From: Vezdaea acicularis
Lineage: Eukaryota
Length of the DNA stretch: 64,000 nt
Direction: 5' to 3'
NCBI GenBank assembly: GCA_026025075.1
Contig: JAPEUI010000053.1
Span: 1 to 64,000, forward strand
The notes under the pieces were generated by a model. The model had not been told where the DNA came from. It worked only from the letters and a program-made list of their open reading frames with translations, and did no database searches. The position numbers and the translations under genes are program-made. Position 1 is the first letter of the stretch. Each line of letters starts with the position of its first letter. Positions 49,453 through 62,391 of the stretch are shown here, piece after piece.

Positions 49453-52400
49453 ATGGACCAACAAGGTCACAATGGTCCTCAGGGGCCAGGGGGAAGGAGA
49501 CTCCACATTGCCCATCGAAGAAGCCCTTCCGAACTCACCCCTTTAATGAGTAAGTCTGGATTTTGAACTTCTCCTCGATTTCATCGTAACATGCAATGTT
49601 GCAGCAGTCTGCCTGCGAGGGCATTCCTTTTTTGGGGCGCCTGCTTATGCGTGTCATCTTTCTAGGTCAACAACTTGCTCTCCAGCAGCAATTAGATCTA
49701 ATTCAACAACAGCAAAGCCAGATCCAGCATTACATGAATTTAGGAATCGTTAACCCAAATCAACATCTGAACCCTGCAAGCGCATACAATACAATGCAAG
49801 GCCAGCTACCAAATATGTCACCACAAGGGAATAACTTCCAGTTCCCTCAACAATTTGGACAGCCTCAACAGGCACAATTGAATGTACCCATGATACAGCC
49901 ACAGTCAAGCCAGGCTGGCCACCGACGCGGTCAGTCGATGGGTATGGGCCCTCCACCAGCTCCATCATCGGGAGCCTCCGGTTCCACCTTTGGAGACTTT
50001 AGTCAACAGAATCCATCTGGTATACAGAATAGGGAAAATGGTAATCCCCGTGGCGGCCGAGGTGCACATGGAGGTCCGCCAAGCGGGGGTCATCAGCGAC
50101 GCCACTCTCTAGCTATAACGGAGGCGAAAAGAGCAGCCGAGTTGGCCCAACAAAAGAGGACCACTTCCGGGTTCCAGTTTCCTATCCCTAGGGCTACAGG
50201 AGCCACCTCTACAAGCGGTACTCGCGAAGAGAGCGTTGAGACAGATGATAAAGACGATCAAAGTCAGCAGCAAGGTTCAGGAGGCGGTCTCGCTCAAGCA
50301 GGTATCACCTCTCGCAGCGGAAATAGAGGCGCGCTTCATGGACGAAGCCAGAGTATGGCGGTAGGCTCAGCTGGGCGTGGCCAAGGCCAAGGCAGAGGAC
50401 CTGCAGGATTCCAGTTTCCAGCGCCAGTCGATAGCGCAGGAGCGGGCCAAACAGGCCAGCAGGATATTGCTCGACGAGGTAGTGCTGGTGGACACGCGAG
50501 AAATTCTTCCAGGAACTTTGATGGAAACTGGAGGCAGCAAAGCAGCCAAGATGCAGCGGCCATGGGCCAGTTCAATCAGAGTCAGACCAGTAATAATGGT
50601 GGGTTTCAACCAGGTCACCGCAATCGGACGTCAATGGCACAATCTATTGGCTCCATTGGGGCATTTCAATACCAAAGTCAGCCACAATTAGTCCAGCTGC
50701 CTCAGGGTGGGATGCTTCTGCAACCACAGCAGCTGTTCCCGGGGCAGCAGCTCAATCAGATGCAACTCAACCAACTACAAGCTTTGCAAGCGGCCCAGAT
50801 GAATGGCCAGCAAATGTCTGGTCTCCAGGGCAGTCAGCATGCGCCTGGCCTTTCTGCCCAGCAGCAACAGCAGCAACAGCAGCAGCAACGGAAAACCCTA
50901 TTCACCCCCTACTTGCCGCAGGCTAATCTCCCTGCTTTACTAGCTGATGGCCAGCTCGTTGCTGGTATCCTCCGAGTCAATAAGAAGAACAGGAGTGATG
51001 CCTATGTCACAACACAGGACGAGACCCTTGACGCAGATATCTTCATCTGTGGTAGCAAGGACCGGAACAGAGCTCTGGAAGGTGATCTCGTAGCTGTCGA
51101 GTTGTTGGACGTTGACGAAGTCTGGGGGCAGAAGCGTGAAAAGGAAGAGAAGAAGAAGCGCAAGGATATCACTGATACGAGGACTGGAGGCAGCCAATCT
51201 AATGATAGGTCAAATCGAAATGAGTCCAGTACCAACGGCGATAACCAGGGTAGCAATGAAGGTGGCCTTCGAAGGCGCGGCAGTCTGCGTCAGCGACCTA
51301 CCCAAAAGAAGAACGATGATGTTGAGGTGGAGGGTCAAAGTCTTTTACTTGTAGAGGAAGAGGAGGTGAATGACGAACAGAAGCCTCTCTACGCTGGCCA
51401 CATCGTTGCTGTCATCGAGCGTGTGGCAGGGCAGATGTTCTCTGGCACGCTTGGCCTCCTTCGTCCAAGCAGCCAGGCCACCAAGGAAAAGCAAGAAGCC
51501 GAACGCCAAGCACGCGAAGGCAACTCTGGTCGCCATCAGCCTGAGCGCCAGCAGGAAAAGCCAAAGATCGTTTGGTTTAAGCCAACAGATAAGCGGGTAC
51601 CTCTGATTGCCATCCCTACCGAGCAAGCACCTCGGGACTTCGTCGAGAAACACCAGGATTATGCTAACCGTATCTTTGTCGCTTGTATCAAACGATGGCC
51701 CATTACATCTCTCCATCCCTTCGGTACTCTAGTTGAGATGCTCGGCGAGATGGGAGACCTTAAAGTGGAGACTGATGCCCTTCTGCGCGATAACAACTTT
51801 GGTCCTGATGAATTCTCGGATGCGGTTACTAAGAATGTTGGTTTTGATGAGTGGTCCGTGGCGTCTGAGGGGGAAACTGCTCTCCAGACCCGTCGGGACC
51901 TTCGACATGAGAAGACTTTCACGATTGACCCTAACGGAGCTAAGGAGCTCGACGATGCTGTTCATCTCAAGCTCGAAGAAGAGGGCAAGGTTGAGATTGG
52001 TGTCCATATTGCTGATGTAGCGCACTTCATCAAGGCCGGCTCTCTCGTCGACCGCGAGGCTAAAAAACGAGGAACTGCCGTATATTTGGTTGACCGTGCT
52101 GTTGACATGCTTCCTCCGAAACTGTCAGCGGAAGTCTGCTCGTTGAGCCCTGGACAAGAGCGCTTCACCGTAAGCGTTATCTTCAAAGCCGATATGGATA
52201 CCGGAAAGATTGACGACGATCAAACTTGGATTGGGAAAGCTGTGATCAAAAGCTCTGGCAAACTCTCTTACAAGGATGTCGATGCAGTGATACAAGGAGA
52301 CAGCGTCGATCTTGAAGGTGCTGCCATTGAGGATATCAAGGTGCTCCACTCCCTTACCTCCAAATTTCGCCAAGCGCGCTTTGGCTCTCGCGTCGAAAGT

Positions 52401-53886
52401 ATTCCTCCCCTTCGATTACTCTATCAGCTAGATGATGAGAATATTCCCGTGGAGCACAACATCTTCAATTCATCTCCAGCGCATGAGCTGGTCGAAGAAC
52501 TAATGTATAAGGCAAATGCTTTCGTCGCCCGAAAAATTGCTACCGGCCTTCCCGAGAAGGCTTTGTTACGTCGCCAAGCATCCCCTAACCCACGACGCTT
52601 GAAGACCTTCGCTGACAGAATGACGAGAATCGGCTACGAAATCGATACTACAAGCAGTGGCACACTGCAGAGCAGTCTCTTCAAAGTTGAAGACCCAAAT
52701 ATGCGCAAGGTAAATCTTGGTGGTTCCTATATGTAGCAGCGCGTGGTTTGCTAACGTTCAATCAATAGGGCATGGAAACATTGCTTGTGAAAGCCATGCA
52801 GCGTGCAAAGTACTTCGTGGCCGGCAAGACTCCTAATTACTTGCATCATCACTATGCACTCAATCTTCCATTATACACTCATTTCACCAACCCATCGCGG
52901 CGCTATGCGGACATTATCGTCCACCGCCAGCTGGAAGCTGTTCTTTCCAACGGTGCTATTGAGTTCACTGAGGACGCCGACAACCTCCTTAAGACGGCCG
53001 AATCTTGCAACACCAAGAAAGATTCTGCGAAGAATGCGCAAGAACAGAGTGTCCATATCGAATCTTGCAGAGTCATGGATAAGAAGCGCCAGGAAGTTGG
53101 GGGTGATCTCATCAGCGAAGCCATCGTTCTGTGCGTTTACGAGTCCGCTTTCGATGTCCTGATTCCTGAGTATGGCTTTGAGAAGCGAGTTCATTGTGAT
53201 CAGCTGCCATTGAAGAAGGCTGAATTTGATAAGAACAAGCGCGTGCTGGAGCTCTACTGGGAGAAAGGTGTGCCATCTTCAGCCTATGTTCCCGAAGATG
53301 AACGCCCGAAGGCTGGTGCATCTCAACGCCAGTCCCATGCCGCAGCTGCAGCTCGCGAACAGGCGGCCGCTGACCAAGCAGCCAAAGAGCGAGAAGAGGC
53401 TCAACGACGTCAAACGGATACTGGTACGATGTCGACCGACGATGTCGACGCGTTGTTCGATGACGACGATGACGATGAGGATACGGCTTCGGAAATCACC
53501 GAGCTTACGGCTGGCGTGTCTTTGAACTTGCCTGCCGGTGCTGACCGCCCTACTCAGAGTATGCCCCCGTCTCCGACAAAGAATTCCCCCGAGTCGAACC
53601 AAGCTCCTCATCGCACTCGCTCCGATCCCAAATTGGCTGCGAGCGCCTCCGACTCGCCAGAGTCGGCCCTTTCCGTCAAAGAGAAGTACTTGAAGCTGTT
53701 CACTCTGAGAGAGATTGATGGCTACTACATCCAGGACGTCACGGAAATGACAAGGGTTCCCGTCATCTTGAAGACCGATCTCACTAAGAGCCCGCCGTAA
53801 GTTCTTGACCCTCTTACGATTCTAGCAGCAACTAACGCTCTTATAGTTGTCTAACTATTCGTTCCCTGAACCCGTACGCGATGTAA
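49453..53886 (+). CDS. SSD1: Ssd1/Sts5/GUL-1 RNA-binding protein, RNase II family (4 exons)
   Basis: RRLHIAHRRSPSE, Q-rich N-terminus with HxRxxS sites and FQFP docking motifs, RKTLFTPYLPQ, GILRVNKKNRSDAY, KPKIVWFKPTDKRVPLIAIP, YTHFTNPSRRYADI, ends TIRSLNPYAM*. Confidence 0.96.
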
Positions 53887-55351
53887 AATTGCGATACATA
53901 AGGCCAAGAATCGCGCTCTAGTCCGCTCATACTTAAAAAGTCCGATCCTGTGAAACCGGCCTATCCACTCGTTCCAGTCTAGGTTTCCTTACTCATTAGT
54001 TTGTTTTTATAAAATTACATTTAGGCACATAGTTTGTGCACTAAGCAGTACTTGGGGGAGATAGATTGCCACTGGCACCTGTGTTAGACTCTAAAGATTG
54101 ATGGGAGTGGGGCAAAGTCAAGTTGACTGCATTGCTTGGGAAGATTTCGTGACCATGGCTGGGGGTTGAAAGCTCGATAGCGCATATCTCGGCGGCAATG
54201 GCTATACGAAATGCTGTAACTATCTATTACTTTTGCGCCTGCTTCTTTTTCATATAGCCTCAATACAGAGAGATATTTTATCATCGGCTTTCATTCTTGG
54301 GGCTCCGCTTTTTTCGCCGCTGCTCTCGGACTTCCAAGCCTCCTTGACTGGTCTGTGGTCGTATTATGCGTACGTATATCTTACCCCCTTTTGCCCGGGC
54401 TTTAGCCCTTCGCCGTCTCCCGCGGAAATCCTTCAATCATTCAGATTTTGTGAATGTATTCGCACTGCTACACCTAGAAACATGTGTGCCCGACCCTCCA
54501 GGTAACCAATGAGAGTTCCTGTTCAAACCCCCAGCGCTTCTGGAAGCACACCACTACTCCATCCTGACCCACGAACTTCACCCACGACTAGCTCGCCCAC
54601 CGCTCCACTCCCATCCGCTCCAACCCTCCTCCCAGTGACGAAAATGATTACCTACCTCATTCTATCGCATAATGCCATGTTCCATCGACGTTAGCTCCGG
54701 CGCCGCGCAAGGAGGTGCTGGCAGGGGGGAAAGTCTTGGTGCTGTCGGCCTTGGTCTGGGTGTTCTAGCGGCTTGATACGCCACCTTTTCTTCATTTTTA
54801 CGTGTCGTGTGGGGTTGGATAGGGCGGAGTGAGTGCTGGCGAGCTGGGATCAGGGGGAAGGTGGGGTGAAGTAAGGTCCTGGAGCGACGGGAGAGGAAAG
54901 AGAAGTGAAAAGGTCGTCCGCGGTGGGGCAAGTAGGACTGCAGCTGTGCTTCTACGGGAGGTACTGGGTTCACGGCGTCACTTCCCTTAGTGGTCGTTCG
55001 TAGATGCGGCGGGAGAAGGTGAGGGGAACGGTGAGGGGGATGGATTGTTGGGGGAAAAAGGGGGGGGGGTGAGAGGGCACATGGTCGGGTGTTTTGTTGT
55101 GGAGGTTAATTTGTGGGAATCAGCGGAAGAAGGAACACGAGGCCGCAGATCGAACGGCCGGGGAGAAGAATAGGCCAGAATCTTTTGAAAGATATTAGCA
55201 GAGCGGGAAGATGGCGCGGTACAACCAAGGCCTGGGAATATCACGCATTAAGAGGAAAAATATGACACCGTATGGAAGAAAAAAAGCATGAAAATAGAAA
55301 TAATTAAGTTCTGGTAGATATCACAAGCCCATTACATACAACGGCGCCGCC

Positions 55352-56857
55352 CTACCGCTTGCTTATCCGCTTACCCGCACGTTCCAAGAGCGGCTTGATA
55401 CCATATTTTTTCCTCCTCGCCTTGCTATCGCTCCGACTCCGGATCGTCGAAGGCGGATCCAGCTCCACCGTGCTGATCGAGACGCCGCTGCTCGACGACA
55501 CAAAAGAGAACTGACTAGGCGTCGTAGTGGGACGAATATCGGGCACTAGGCCGAGGTTGCTGATGATCTCGCGCACGTTCGGCACGACGCGCAGGCAGTG
55601 CGGTTCGCGGGTCCAGTGCTGCTCCTGGATCGGACACGCCGGCTCTAAGCCGAGTTCGATGCGGTGGTGACGCTCCTGTTGGCGTGTCTCGAGCTGGCGG
55701 ATGGCACCGGCGAGGGAATAATTGTCGTCGTCCCACCCCGTGCCCAAGACATCGTGAGCGACGATTCGGCAGACGTGGGCGCGGTAATCTTTCGTCGAGA
55801 TGGAGACGAAGCCGCTGTAGGGATGGGTGAGAGCTTCTGGGAGGTCGACTTCGCCCCATTCGCCGTTACGAAGGAGCCGGTCCTGGCCGGCAGCGTCAAG
55901 GACCGCGATCTCTTCGTCGACTGACTTGATCACTTGGGCGTAGCCCTCAGCGATAAGAGGGAAGATCGTTCCGAGTAACATTGTGTTTTGGAACGCGAGC
56001 GTCATAACCAGGTAGCATTGTGGGCAGTGAGAAACCGACCTTGCCACCTGGAAAGCGGAGCGGAGAGAGTTAAGACAATGAGGGAAAGGCAAAGTAGGCG
56101 CCAAGAAGGATGTCTGGAGACTGGAGAGCGTCGTATACAGCGAAGAAAGACAGTTACAGGTTGCCGGAACGCCAGCAGATATGAGCGTGGGCAGCGCTCG
56201 TTCTGGAGTGTGCTCAGCAACGCTGTTTTGGGTTGTTAGAATCAGCAACTTTCAGCGTTATGGTCAAAAGTGTCTCTTACGAGGTCCAGGCGTCTACAAA
56301 CAACTCTGGTGGGTCGCCCCAGTCGATGCCTACCCCCAGATCGCAGACATTCTGGAACGGCGATTTGTACTGGACATCGAAACTAGTCGTCGGACTGGCG
56401 GTGTAGGAGTCAAACTCGTACACCGGCTGAGACACAGGTGAGGACTCGTACGTCGTGAACTCGAAATTGGAAGTGAATGGATCTTGCCACTTCAAATCCA
56501 GTCGGGGTCCGCAGATGCTGTGCTCCGCGAGTCCTTTCGGCAGGTACTCATGAATCATTGGCGCTTCATCGGTGGTTCTTCGCCGCTTTCGGGGCCGGCC
56601 CATGGGTTTCTGGAGTGAATAATTACACAAGATATCGTCACGGCGACACCGCACGCAGCCATCCTGCTCTCCGGAGCATTTCAATTTTCGCGATCCTAAA
56701 GCAGTATTAGCTGGATGTACGACGGAAGATCTGATCTGCTGGAATGAGGTGACTTCATACGGCACTCATCGCAGGCAGCGTGTCTCTTCACTTCGCCTGG
56801 TTCTGTTGGAGTTCGAGGCATCGTCGACTCGGAAGCTGCACTATTGGTTCGTGACAT
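55352..56857 (-). CDS. Zn(II)2Cys6 fungal transcription factor (3 exons)
   Basis: Spliced ACDECRSRKLKCSGEQDGCVRCRRDDILCNY followed by basic PMGRPRKRRR. C-terminal CNCLSSLY...HCPQC...FQNTMLLGT region. Confidence 0.88.
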
Positions 56858-58705
56858 GGCTCAAGGATGGCGAAACGCTCCGACTTATATCCCCGATAAG
56901 GGGAGAAGGGCAATGCGTAAAGCGGACGCGTCGCATGCAGCAGCCTCCACCTGGTTCTTCCTGGTCGGCCCACCTGTGGTCCCTCCTTGGCCGTGCTGTG
57001 CTATCAAGCTTTCTCTATCTCGCGGGCCTAGCCGCTCCGTATTATATGGAGAAGCAGCCCCGATCGCACACTGAAGAAGAGCACGAGGTCGGGCGACGTG
57101 TTCTCGTCGAGACGGAGGCGTATATGGATCTGGAAGTGTCCGGATAGGCAAGATGGGCTCTAGCGTGCGTCAAGTGCGGTAGGAGGACGAGGCAGCTCAC
57201 TAAAAGCAATGACCATGGCGCAGTTGTTGATATGGGGACACCCTTGGAGGAAAGCGATATGGCGATCCCCTGCTGAATAATATGGTAAATGCGTTAGGTA
57301 AAGGACCTGGTTGGAGGGAGCTGGTCCGACGGCAGCGGGAAAGAGGGAGGGGAGGATTTGCCGGTAAATGGGGCACGCAGCACTCCGGGTCGGCCAGTCG
57401 TATCGCGGCGGACGATGCAGTCGACGCAGAGCTTGGAAGCGGTGCAGCTCTTTGTACTGTTATGACGGGACCGTCCTGCGTCTCGACCCGCCCTTGGAAT
57501 CTTCCTGTCCGCGGTCGAGAGGGGGGGACTTGCGCATGGTCCGAACCAATCATGCGCGCCCCGAACGGCACGAAAAGCAAAGCGCCAGAGACACCGAGCG
57601 GTGATGATAATAGCCCAGCGGTGGCTAGCTGCACCATCGACCCCTCGCCATGCAGATCGCTCGAACGGCCATGGGCGAGGGGCGAGGGGCAACGTGCGAT
57701 GCGCGAGGGGGCGACAGATGGATGGGGAAATGGGGAGGGGGGTCCGGAGTGCAGTCGGCGCAACCAGGAGGCATCCATCGACACGTAGAGCTTAGTCGCT
57801 CAACGGATCTCGAGGGCGACGATGCAGGCAGAGGCGGGGAACCGCCCGCCAGATGGTGGTCGTCGCGCGGTAGATTAGAGGGATTGCCACGGTCGTGTTG
57901 GCCAGGGGCAGGGCACTCAGTGGACGTGGACATTGGACGACGCTCCTGGGCCATGGAGATCGTCGAGCGATGGGACGCGGCCCTTGGGCTGGGGCCGTCG
58001 TGGCGTTTGGCTGACGGGGCTGCTGGATGGTGGGTGAAGGGGGATGACTAATGTGTGGTGCGTCGTCAATCGTCGTTGGGATCTGCCCATCGGACGAATT
58101 AGTAAGGCCGAGGGCGAGGAGGACGCGCACAAGCGAGCAAGCGAGACAGCCATCGCAGCCGCCGCCCGTGACGAGAACGTGGTAACGAGCGAGCGAGCGA
58201 AGCCGTGCCCCAAGGGCGGCGCTGCCGTAGTGCATTTCCCATGCCGACGTTTGTGCTGACGGCATCTTCCGTCTCGTCGACCAGGGGCAGGAAGTGAATT
58301 TGAGTCGGTCGGCCGGCGCTTGACCCCTTCCGTATTCTGGCCTGATCTTGCCCTTGCCCTTACCCTTGCCCTGGCCCCTGCCCTCCCATCCCGCCGACAT
58401 CCCGTTTCATGAGTTTGCCGACATTGGTCCAGCGTGCACGAGCGTGGCTGCGGCGGTGTCTGTCTGGAGGGAGGGCATGTGCCTGGCGTCGACGCGGGAG
58501 AAACGTCGCACGGAGTCGGCAAGATTAACCGCCGACCCGCCGCGACGGTTCCTAGTGTGTGCTAGCGCGGTGTAGGGCCACCGCCCCGCGGCACAGCGCC
58601 AAGCCCGTTGGCGCAGATCCTCGAACGTAAGCAGTCTTGTTAAGAAAAAAAAGTCCGCGCCCACAAACCAGTATCGGCCCTGTATCTCTCCCTCTCTCTC
58701 GCGCA

Positions 58706-58733
58706 TACACACGCACGCACGCACACACACACC
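58706..58733. repeat. (CA)n/(CGCA)n microsatellite immediately upstream of the ERB1 ATG
   Basis: ACACACGCACGCACGCACACACACACCAC. Confidence 0.7.
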
Positions 58734-58745
58734 ACCCATCCCATC

Positions 58746-61310
58746 ATGGCTCCGATCCAATTGCCGGTGGGCAAGCGGAAGGGTGCGCCATCTCACGAGG
58801 CTGACGATATAGCCACTTCCTCGGACGAAGAGTTCGACGGGGACCTGCTCGACGGCGCGCTGTCTGGCAGCGACGCGGAGTCAAACGACGAGGGAAGCAG
58901 CTTAGATGAAGACGACGAGAGCGATGAGAGTCACGAGAGCAACGACAGCGACGATGGCGACGAAGGCGAAGGCGGAAGTGACTTTGGCGGCCAGCACCAC
59001 ACGGCAGATGACGACGCCCTGGATAGCGATGAGATCCCGTCCGACAGGGGAGCGGACCTGAACGGACACCCTAGAACGTCAATGCGCGGATCTAGAAAAT
59101 TTCTATCGAAAAGCAATGGGGGGCTAGTGCAGATCAGTGGGGGCACGCTGCAAGGGCGGGAAGCATCTCTCCCCTCACGCGGAGATGAGCCAGTCACGGC
59201 TGCACGAGGGGACGCACGAGGTGGGGATGCACGAGGAGATGCACGGGGGGACGCACGAGGAGATGCACGAGATGCCGCAGATGCACCAAACTTTTCTGAC
59301 GCCAGCTCGGACGTACGCTATACAGTCACGACTGATGCAAATGGCAACCCGCGATATCTCTACGACGAGATCTCTCCCGTCTATGACTCTGACGATTCCG
59401 ACGCCCCTCGGACGACAAATACTATTGGCAACATCCCCTTATCTTTCTACGACTCCTACCCCCACGTTGGGTATGACATTGACGGGAAGAAGGTCATGCG
59501 CCCGGCCAAGGGTGAAGCCCTAGATGCGTTGCTCGACAGCATCGAAGTGCCGAAGGGCTGGACGGGCCTCACGGACCCCGCAACTGGGAAGCCGCTAGAA
59601 CTCAGCCAGGAAGAGCTAGAAGTTCTGCGAAGAATCCAAGCAAATGAGATCCCCGAGGAAGGCTACGACCCGTACCCGGCTACCGTCGAATACTTCACGA
59701 GCAAGACGGAACAGATGCCCCTGAGCGCCGCGCCGGAGCCAAAGCGGAGATTTGTGCCTTCGAAACATGAGGCGAAGCGGGTGATGAAGATTGTTCGTGC
59801 CATACGGGAGGGTCGGATCTTGCCTTACAGACCTCCTGTAGAAGATGAGGAAGATGAGACGGCGCCGAAGAGATATGACATCTGGGCAAACGAGGCACCG
59901 CGGCCGGACCACCTGATGCACATCCCTGCGCCAAAACTTCCTATACCATCATATGACCAATCGTACAATCCGCCGCGGGAGTATCTACCGAGTGAACAGG
60001 AGAAGAAGGCCTGGCGGGAGACCGAGGAGGAAGAGCGTGAGAAGGAGTACCTCCCTACGAGATACGACTCCTTGCGAAAAGTGCCGGGATACGACCGCTT
60101 TACGAAAGAACGCTTCGAAAGATGCCTGGACCTGTATCTTGCGCCTAGGATACGGAGGAACAAGCTGAACATCGACCCCGACTCCCTCCTCCCCAAACTC
60201 CCCAGCCCAGACGAGCTCCGCCCCTTCCCCACCACCTGCGCGACGATCTACCGCGGCCACGAAGGTCGTGTAAGAAGCCTCGCCATCGACCCATCAGGCG
60301 TCTACCTCGCAACCGGCGGCGATGATGGCACTGTACGTCTCTGGGACCTTCTCACCGGCCGCCAACTATGGAGCTTGCGCCTGGACGCTGACGAAGCCAT
60401 CAACGTCGTCCGCTGGCGCCCCACCGCGGACGCCTTCATCCTGGCCGCGGCCGCCGGCCCTCACATTTTCTTCGTCGTCCCCCCGATCGTCGACCCCGCC
60501 GTCGAAGACGCCAGTCACGCAATCCTCGACACAGGCTTTGGCTACGCGGCCCAGACCAAAACATTCACCACCACCTCCTCCACCCCATCCAAGGAACCCC
60601 CGGCAACCTGGATGCGCCCCTCCTCAGCACTGGCTGACGCCGGCGCCCTCCTACGCGTCACCGTACGCGCCCCCATCAAAGTCCTCTCCTGGCACCGCCG
60701 CGGCGACTACCTCACCTCGTGCTCTCCCTCTGGCCAGACCTCCTCGGTGGGGATGCACACGCTCTCGAAACACCTCTCTCAGCTCCCTTTCCGCCGCCTC
60801 AAGGGCCTCGCCCAATCCGTGCTCTTCCACCCCTCCAAACCCATCCTCTTCGTCGCCACCCAGCAGACCGTCCGCAGCTATGACCTACAACGCCAGCAAC
60901 TCCTCCAGATCGTCCAGCCCGGCGCCCGCTGGATCTCCTCCATCGCCCTCCACCCCGCCGGCGACAACCTCCTCGTCGGCAGCTACGACCGCCGCCTCCT
61001 CTGGCACGACCTCGACCTCTCCCCCAAACCCTACAAGACCCTCCGTTACCACGCCAAGGCCATCCGCGCCGTCGCCTTCCATCAGGGCGCGTACCCCCTC
61101 TTTGCGGATGCGAGCGATGACGGCACCCTCCAGGTCTTTCACGGCAAGGTCGTCGCTGACGCCATGCAGAATGCTAGTATCGTCCCCCTGAAGGTCCTCA
61201 AGGGGCACAAAGTCACGGGTTTATTGGGCGTGCTGGACCTGTGCTGGCATCCCAGGGAGCCCTGGCTAGTGAGCGCTGGCGGGGATGGCTGCGCGAGATT
61301 GTGGACGTGA
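58746..61310 (+). CDS. ERB1: Ribosome biogenesis protein Erb1/Bop1 (intronless)
   Basis: Acidic N-terminus, [61 protein letters not shown]40 repeats. Confidence 0.97.
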   Translation: MAPIQLPVGKRKGAPSHEADDIATSSDEEFDGDLLDGALSGSDAESNDEGSSLDEDDESDESHESNDSDDGDEGEGGSDFGGQHHTADDDALDSDEIPSDRGADLNGHPRTSMRGSRKFLSKSNGGLVQISGGTLQGREASLPSRGDEPVTAARGDARGGDARGDARGDARGDARDAADAPNFSDASSDVRYTVTTDANGNPRYLYDEISPVYDSDDSDAPRTTNTIGNIPLSFYDSYPHVGYDIDGKKVMRPAKGEALDALLDSIEVPKGWTGLTDPATGKPLELSQEELEVLRRIQANEIPEEGYDPYPATVEYFTSKTEQMPLSAAPEPKRRFVPSKHEAKRVMKIVRAIREGRILPYRPPVEDEEDETAPKRYDIWANEAPRPDHLMHIPAPKLPIPSYDQSYNPPREYLPSEQEKKAWRETEEEEREKEYLPTRYDSLRKVPGYDRFTKERFERCLDLYLAPRIRRNKLNIDPDSLLPKLPSPDELRPFPTTCATIYRGHEGRVRSLAIDPSGVYLATGGDDGTVRLWDLLTGRQLWSLRLDADEAINVVRWRPTADAFILAAAAGPHIFFVVPPIVDPAVEDASHAILDTGFGYAAQTKTFTTTSSTPSKEPPATWMRPSSALADAGALLRVTVRAPIKVLSWHRRGDYLTSCSPSGQTSSVGMHTLSKHLSQLPFRRLKGLAQSVLFHPSKPILFVATQQTVRSYDLQRQQLLQIVQPGARWISSIALHPAGDNLLVGSYDRRLLWHDLDLSPKPYKTLRYHAKAIRAVAFHQGAYPLFADASDDGTLQVFHGKVVADAMQNASIVPLKVLKGHKVTGLLGVLDLCWHPREPWLVSAGGDGCARLWT
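59202..59273 (+). repeat. In-frame ~12-bp tandem repeat in ERB1 (ARGD/ARGGD x5, plus ARD)
   Basis: GCACGAGG(G/A)GA(C/T) units encoding [24 protein letters not shown]. Confidence 0.85.
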
Positions 61311-62391
61311 AGGTGTGTGTCAGGGGCTTTTGTAATTGTTGGGGCGGCGGTGATTACAGGAGAGCCAGGTTGCGGTAGAACAGCGTAGCAAAATAAAGTA
61401 ACACACTTCAAACCCCCTTCTCCCCCCTTCTTTCGCTCACACGACGCATGTTTCAGCACGGACGCACACTCCTCCCATAACCCCTCCCTGAACGCAACAT
61501 CTCTCACCCCCTTCATCACCACACCCACCTAAAATTCTATTGACCCACGCAGAAACAATCGGCACATCTACCCCCCCCTCCGGGCAGCAGACCACCTTCT
61601 GTGCTATCCCTTCCTCCTCCCTCCCTCTTCGCTCAACATAAGCCTGAGTTGTACCAGCACCACCAATCCCCCCCACAATCCCTCGCCGTCTTGCTCTGCT
61701 CTGCCCTACTCTGCCGTATCCCGCCTAAGCTACCCCCACCATTGCCCAAGTCCTCATTTCGGAGGGATAAGGGACGTTGGGGATGGCCTCGATGTTCTGA
61801 CTGCGCGTAAGATGTGGATGAGGGGAGTGGCACTGCGCGAGGGAGGTTGAGGAGACTGGTGGATTGTTTTGTTGAGGGTTTGGTCTGGGTGGTGGGAAGA
61901 GGGGGGGGCAGTAAAGTGATGGAATGGGGTAGGATGGTGATGGTTGAGGGGGTGAGATCGGTTGAGAAGAGGCGGGGGGACGGTTAGTAGTCCATGCTTG
62001 GATATTGAGAGGATAGCACCAGAGAGGGGAGGGGGGGTGATCGTGGAGCCAAGGCGCGACAAGCTGGTTTGTTGGGCTGGCGCCGATAAGGGGGTGGAAG
62101 GGGGCTCAGAGATCGACACTTCGAGTGGGGCTTAGGCTTTTGATGAGGTCGGTGTTTGATAGTGTTTGATAGTGGTAATGCGGAGGAGCACATGGAGATG
62201 GACAGAGAGATTGAGGGATCATCAAGGGATGATGCATAAAAAAAGAAGACTGGCACGTACGGGGAAGTGTGGGATACTTGGGAGACAGAGTGAGAGAGCA
62301 CAGCCCGCATAGAAAGCCTATAGCTTGAGACTATAGGGCACTTGGAGCTTCAGCCCGCGTAAAACGATCTGGCCCCCACTGTGACTAGTCC

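Noticed and set aside
58347..58384. (CCCTTG/CCCTTA)n hexamers resembling an interstitial telomere
   Set aside because: No true CCCTAA unit; a short degenerate microsatellite.
56860..58745. Many 100-200 aa ORFs on both strands between the C6 transcription factor and ERB1
   Set aside because: Expected in GC-rich non-coding DNA; R/P/S/G-rich translations with no motifs.
60322..61191. 289-aa alternative-frame ORF inside ERB1
   Set aside because: Shadow of C-ending codon bias; S/P/T low-complexity product.
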